Assembly (NCBI GenBank): GCA_047495785.1
Contig: JBLDXI010000019.1
Coordinates: forward strand, 310,001 to 374,000
DNA from: Lepidodermella squamata
Lineage: Eukaryota > Animalia > Gastrotricha
Length of the DNA stretch: 64,000 nt
Direction of reading: 5' to 3'
Part shown: in pieces, positions 60,876-64,000 of the stretch
Layout of the letters: each line of letters begins with the position of its first letter
Numbering within the stretch: the stretch's first letter is position 1
Program-made: the position numbers and the translations under genes
Notes under the pieces: model-generated
What the model saw: only the letters and a program-made list of their open reading frames with translations
Databases searched by the model: none
What the model was told of the DNA's origin: nothing

Positions 60876-63129
60876 TCGGTGAATTATGACTCGATTTCAG
60901 CCCTTGAAAATACCATCGGGCATTTTCAGCTTCGCTACGCCCTCGGGCATTTTCAGCGGGCCGAAATCTCGTTTCTGCCCTCTACACCGTTAAGGATTCC
61001 TTAATTCCTACATGGTTGATTATTTTTTGCTTCAACAATGCTTTTGATTTTCTGCAACAAAATGTTCTAAATGTGATTCCAAGTAAAGCACCAATTATCT
61101 TAAATCTAAGAAAACTAATTAATGACCTTAAACCTTACCGTAAGCGCTAATATAACAATCGACACGCCTTAAAATTGTAAAACTACCAATTGTTACCATA
61201 AAACGTTATTCAGTTTTAAATTTAATTATCTTATTGAATTATTTTTACTTGGCAATAACTTCGCAGCTCTGGCGAGCCTTGTATAACTGCCACGTCTGGT
61301 GAGATTTGAATTGTGCCAAAGAACAAGCATTTTTGGGTCGGCGGCTCGCATTATTAGGGGTAATAAAAATAACGCACGCGCGCACACCGGCCACACTGGC
61401 ATGCCACGTCGTTCGTTTTTACTTATTACGCCCGTCGTCATTCATAAAATAACGCTCGTTAGCTAAAGAGCTGACGACTTGAGCTTTCGATTATTCTTAT
61501 AACTTGTCAATGATTTCTACCATGCCCTACAAGCGATTTAAGATTTTCTGATGTCTGGTTGTGAAATTTCCTTTCAATGCAATGTTAGATATTTAACAGC
61601 CGTTTTGATGATGTGCCTGGCCAAGCGCAACAAATTTTGTCCTAAGCCTCACGTGCCAGATGACACGTAACACAAGGCCACGCTTTATTTAAAATTGTTT
61701 TTAATTCAATTTTTTCACATTATCGATCTTTCTCATTTATCATTTTCAAGGGAACATTTCCATGACGTATAAATTATTCAGCGGCTTGTACATTTTCTTG
61801 GTGAAAGTAGAATGTTGCCGAAACGCTTCGTCTTGCTATAAAATTATAACAAAAAATTTAAGAATTTCCCGAAAATTAATCCCTTGGCAAAGCGTTTGAG
61901 TGTTTAATTTCGATATTTACAATTAGGCTTGAAATGCCGGCTTGATCACGTGCACCTTCATTTTTAGAACTCGAATCTATGCGCCTCTAAAGTCTAAAGT
62001 TGGAGAAACGTGGCATTCTTTGGCATTTTTCATTCTTCCTATGATATTTTTACACCTTTCTGGTCCATTTTTTTCGCACAAATATGTATAGCTAAATATT
62101 TCCCAAAAAAGCATACATTACTTCAAAACATTCCCTTTTTCGAACTTTATTTTCTCTGAATTTTCCGGTTTATTTTTCTCCAAATTTATCTCTAATTTAG
62201 TCCCAAGTTTTGGCATAAAATACTACATTAATAATACATCAGTGCTAAACTTAACGGTTGCGTAATAAGAAAATAATGTTGAGCTGTTTTCAATCTTCTG
62301 AAATTTATATATTAATTTTACATTTTAGTCGACCTTGAGGGATCTTGTTGATCACTAAATGCGCAACCGACTTCGAGATTTGGATGAAGCGCGATGGGTT
62401 AAATTAAATGGGTAGAAATTAATTGCTGAAATTATATATAATTATTAATTATTAATTAATTTCTACCCATAAAGATGATGTTTGGTACATTTTGAAGGCA
62501 ATTATCGGTCACCAAAGACACCGCTTTAAAATGGCGAAAAAATAGCTCAGACAAATCAATTCCATGATAAATAAAAAATTCGCAGTGCTTGAATATCAAC
62601 AAATTATTGTGGCCAATCTTGACCTGAAAAAAATATCCGAAAAAGCGATTTCAGGCCACTAGAAAAGTCTAAAATTTGGTTCCGCTAACAGGAGGACCCC
62701 AATTCAATTCCTGAATTTTCCTCTAAATTTTGATATTTTGATAAATTTCTGAAATTTCTAAAAATCCCAAAAAAATTCGAAATGAAGCACGCGGAAATAA
62801 AGCAAACACAGTGAAATTTGCACGATTCTGTACAAAACTAAGCTAACTTGGTAGGAAAGCATTTTCAAATATTTCTGAATTCCTGAAGCAAAGGCTTCAC
62901 GCGAAAGACCGTTTGTTTAGGATTTTCGCGCTGAATTCCCAACTGCGTAATTTTCACGACTTCACCGTTTGGCGTAAATAAAAATCCGCTAAAATTGAAC
63001 CTCGTCGATTTTTTCCAACATTTTTGCAGCATCATCAAAACTGAAATACCCTCACTTCCTTTTTAGCGAAAAATACCTGAATTTTTATCAAAAATTTCAT
63101 TATTTCTCGACTCTTCATTATAAAATCTG

Positions 63130-63930
63130 TCTACATGAATTTACACGGTGGTTTATTGAGCAAAAAAATGCCAGTATATATCATTTTAGCTCCGTGTATT
63201 TTCGTGTAAACCCTCGGTTTCTCCCGAAATAGAATGAGCGGGAAATTCCGTGAAATTTCCGATCGTGTAATTTCATGTAATGTCACTTGCGGCTCGTACT
63301 TGAAAATTCGAGCAGTAAAATGAGAGTAATATCGACTGAATTTTAAAAATTTATTTACTTTTTATTCACTCGATCTTCCTACATGAGAATACAACGTCTT
63401 TTTCAGGATGTAAAATCATGTGAGGATGTTTCAGACGAGAAATCGTGCAGCTTCCATTGAAATACATCGAAGAAATGAATGAAGGACGAAAATCCATGAG
63501 TTTACATGACCGAATTTCAGGGTTTACACGAATTTTCATGAAGTTTCTCGGCCGAAAAACGAAAAACCCTGTTTTACAACGCTGAATTCCGGATCGCTGA
63601 GCTGGTTCCTGATCTGCTTACATGAATATACCCAAATATACTGCTAAATACCTTAAAATACAGGAATTTACAATGTTAATTTACGCAAACTTTTTTGTCC
63701 GGGATGTTTGTTATCTTTGGAGTGCTCCATCCCGGACTAAAAAGTTTCAGCTTGTAAACTCGTGTAAAATGGGGTAAAAACACGTCATTGTATTTCCATG
63801 TATTTTCATGTAGAAATTAGATCGACTCCTATGAATTTACATGATCATTTTATTGATTCAGCTCACATGAATTTACATTTAGACCATAATTGGCTGCCGT
63901 TCGCCCTGCGCTTCCACGGAATTACACGGA
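63130..63930. repeat. Dispersed CATGAATTTACA-type motif repeats
   Basis: Variants at about 63134, 63496, 63830, 63867 and 63918, plus inverted copies; likely transposon subterminal repeats. Confidence 0.45.
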
Positions 63931-64000
63931 GTGGTGAGTCTGGTTGATTTCGCCGGAAACGCTGGAAAAACTTGCCTTGACTTGCTTCTCCTAGCTGAAT

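Noticed and set aside
61000-64000. Possible genes in the AT-rich 3' end
   Set aside because: No convincing ORF or exon chain; the region looks like degenerate repeat-derived sequence.

Overview
Eukaryotic DNA from a compact, AT-rich invertebrate-animal-type genome with many ~50-bp GT-AG introns. Family assignments come from my recall of motif consensus, not from database searches. There are two main layers. (1) A host tandem array of about 15 small membrane-protein genes and remnants (3.2-55.4 kb). They share a PPxY/LPxY-bearing N-terminus and two C-terminal hydrophobic segments, resembling the CD225/dispanin (IFITM/PRRT) superfamily. The array is interleaved with an NRF-6-like acyltransferase, an RCC1+BTB gene and several orphan genes, and is being remodelled by MITEs, LINEs and segmental duplication. 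(2) An 18,727-bp DNA transposon (33360-52086) with ~230-bp TIRs and an ATAT target-site duplication, inserted mid-codon in one array gene. It encodes an apparently intact spliced Sola1-type DDD transposase and a large cargo of spliced genes: a Brambleberry/GEX1/Kar5-like nuclear-membrane-fusion protein, a NEMP/TMEM194-like inner-nuclear-membrane protein, a transmembrane + coiled-coil + CXC-domain protein, a WRKY/GCM1-type Zn finger + PHD protein and a family of small Cys-motif single-pass proteins. This nuclear-envelope-themed cargo transposon is the best candidate for an undescribed system. The window starts with a BEN-domain gene and ends with a CR1/L2-like LINE inserted into a Harbinger transposase remnant.
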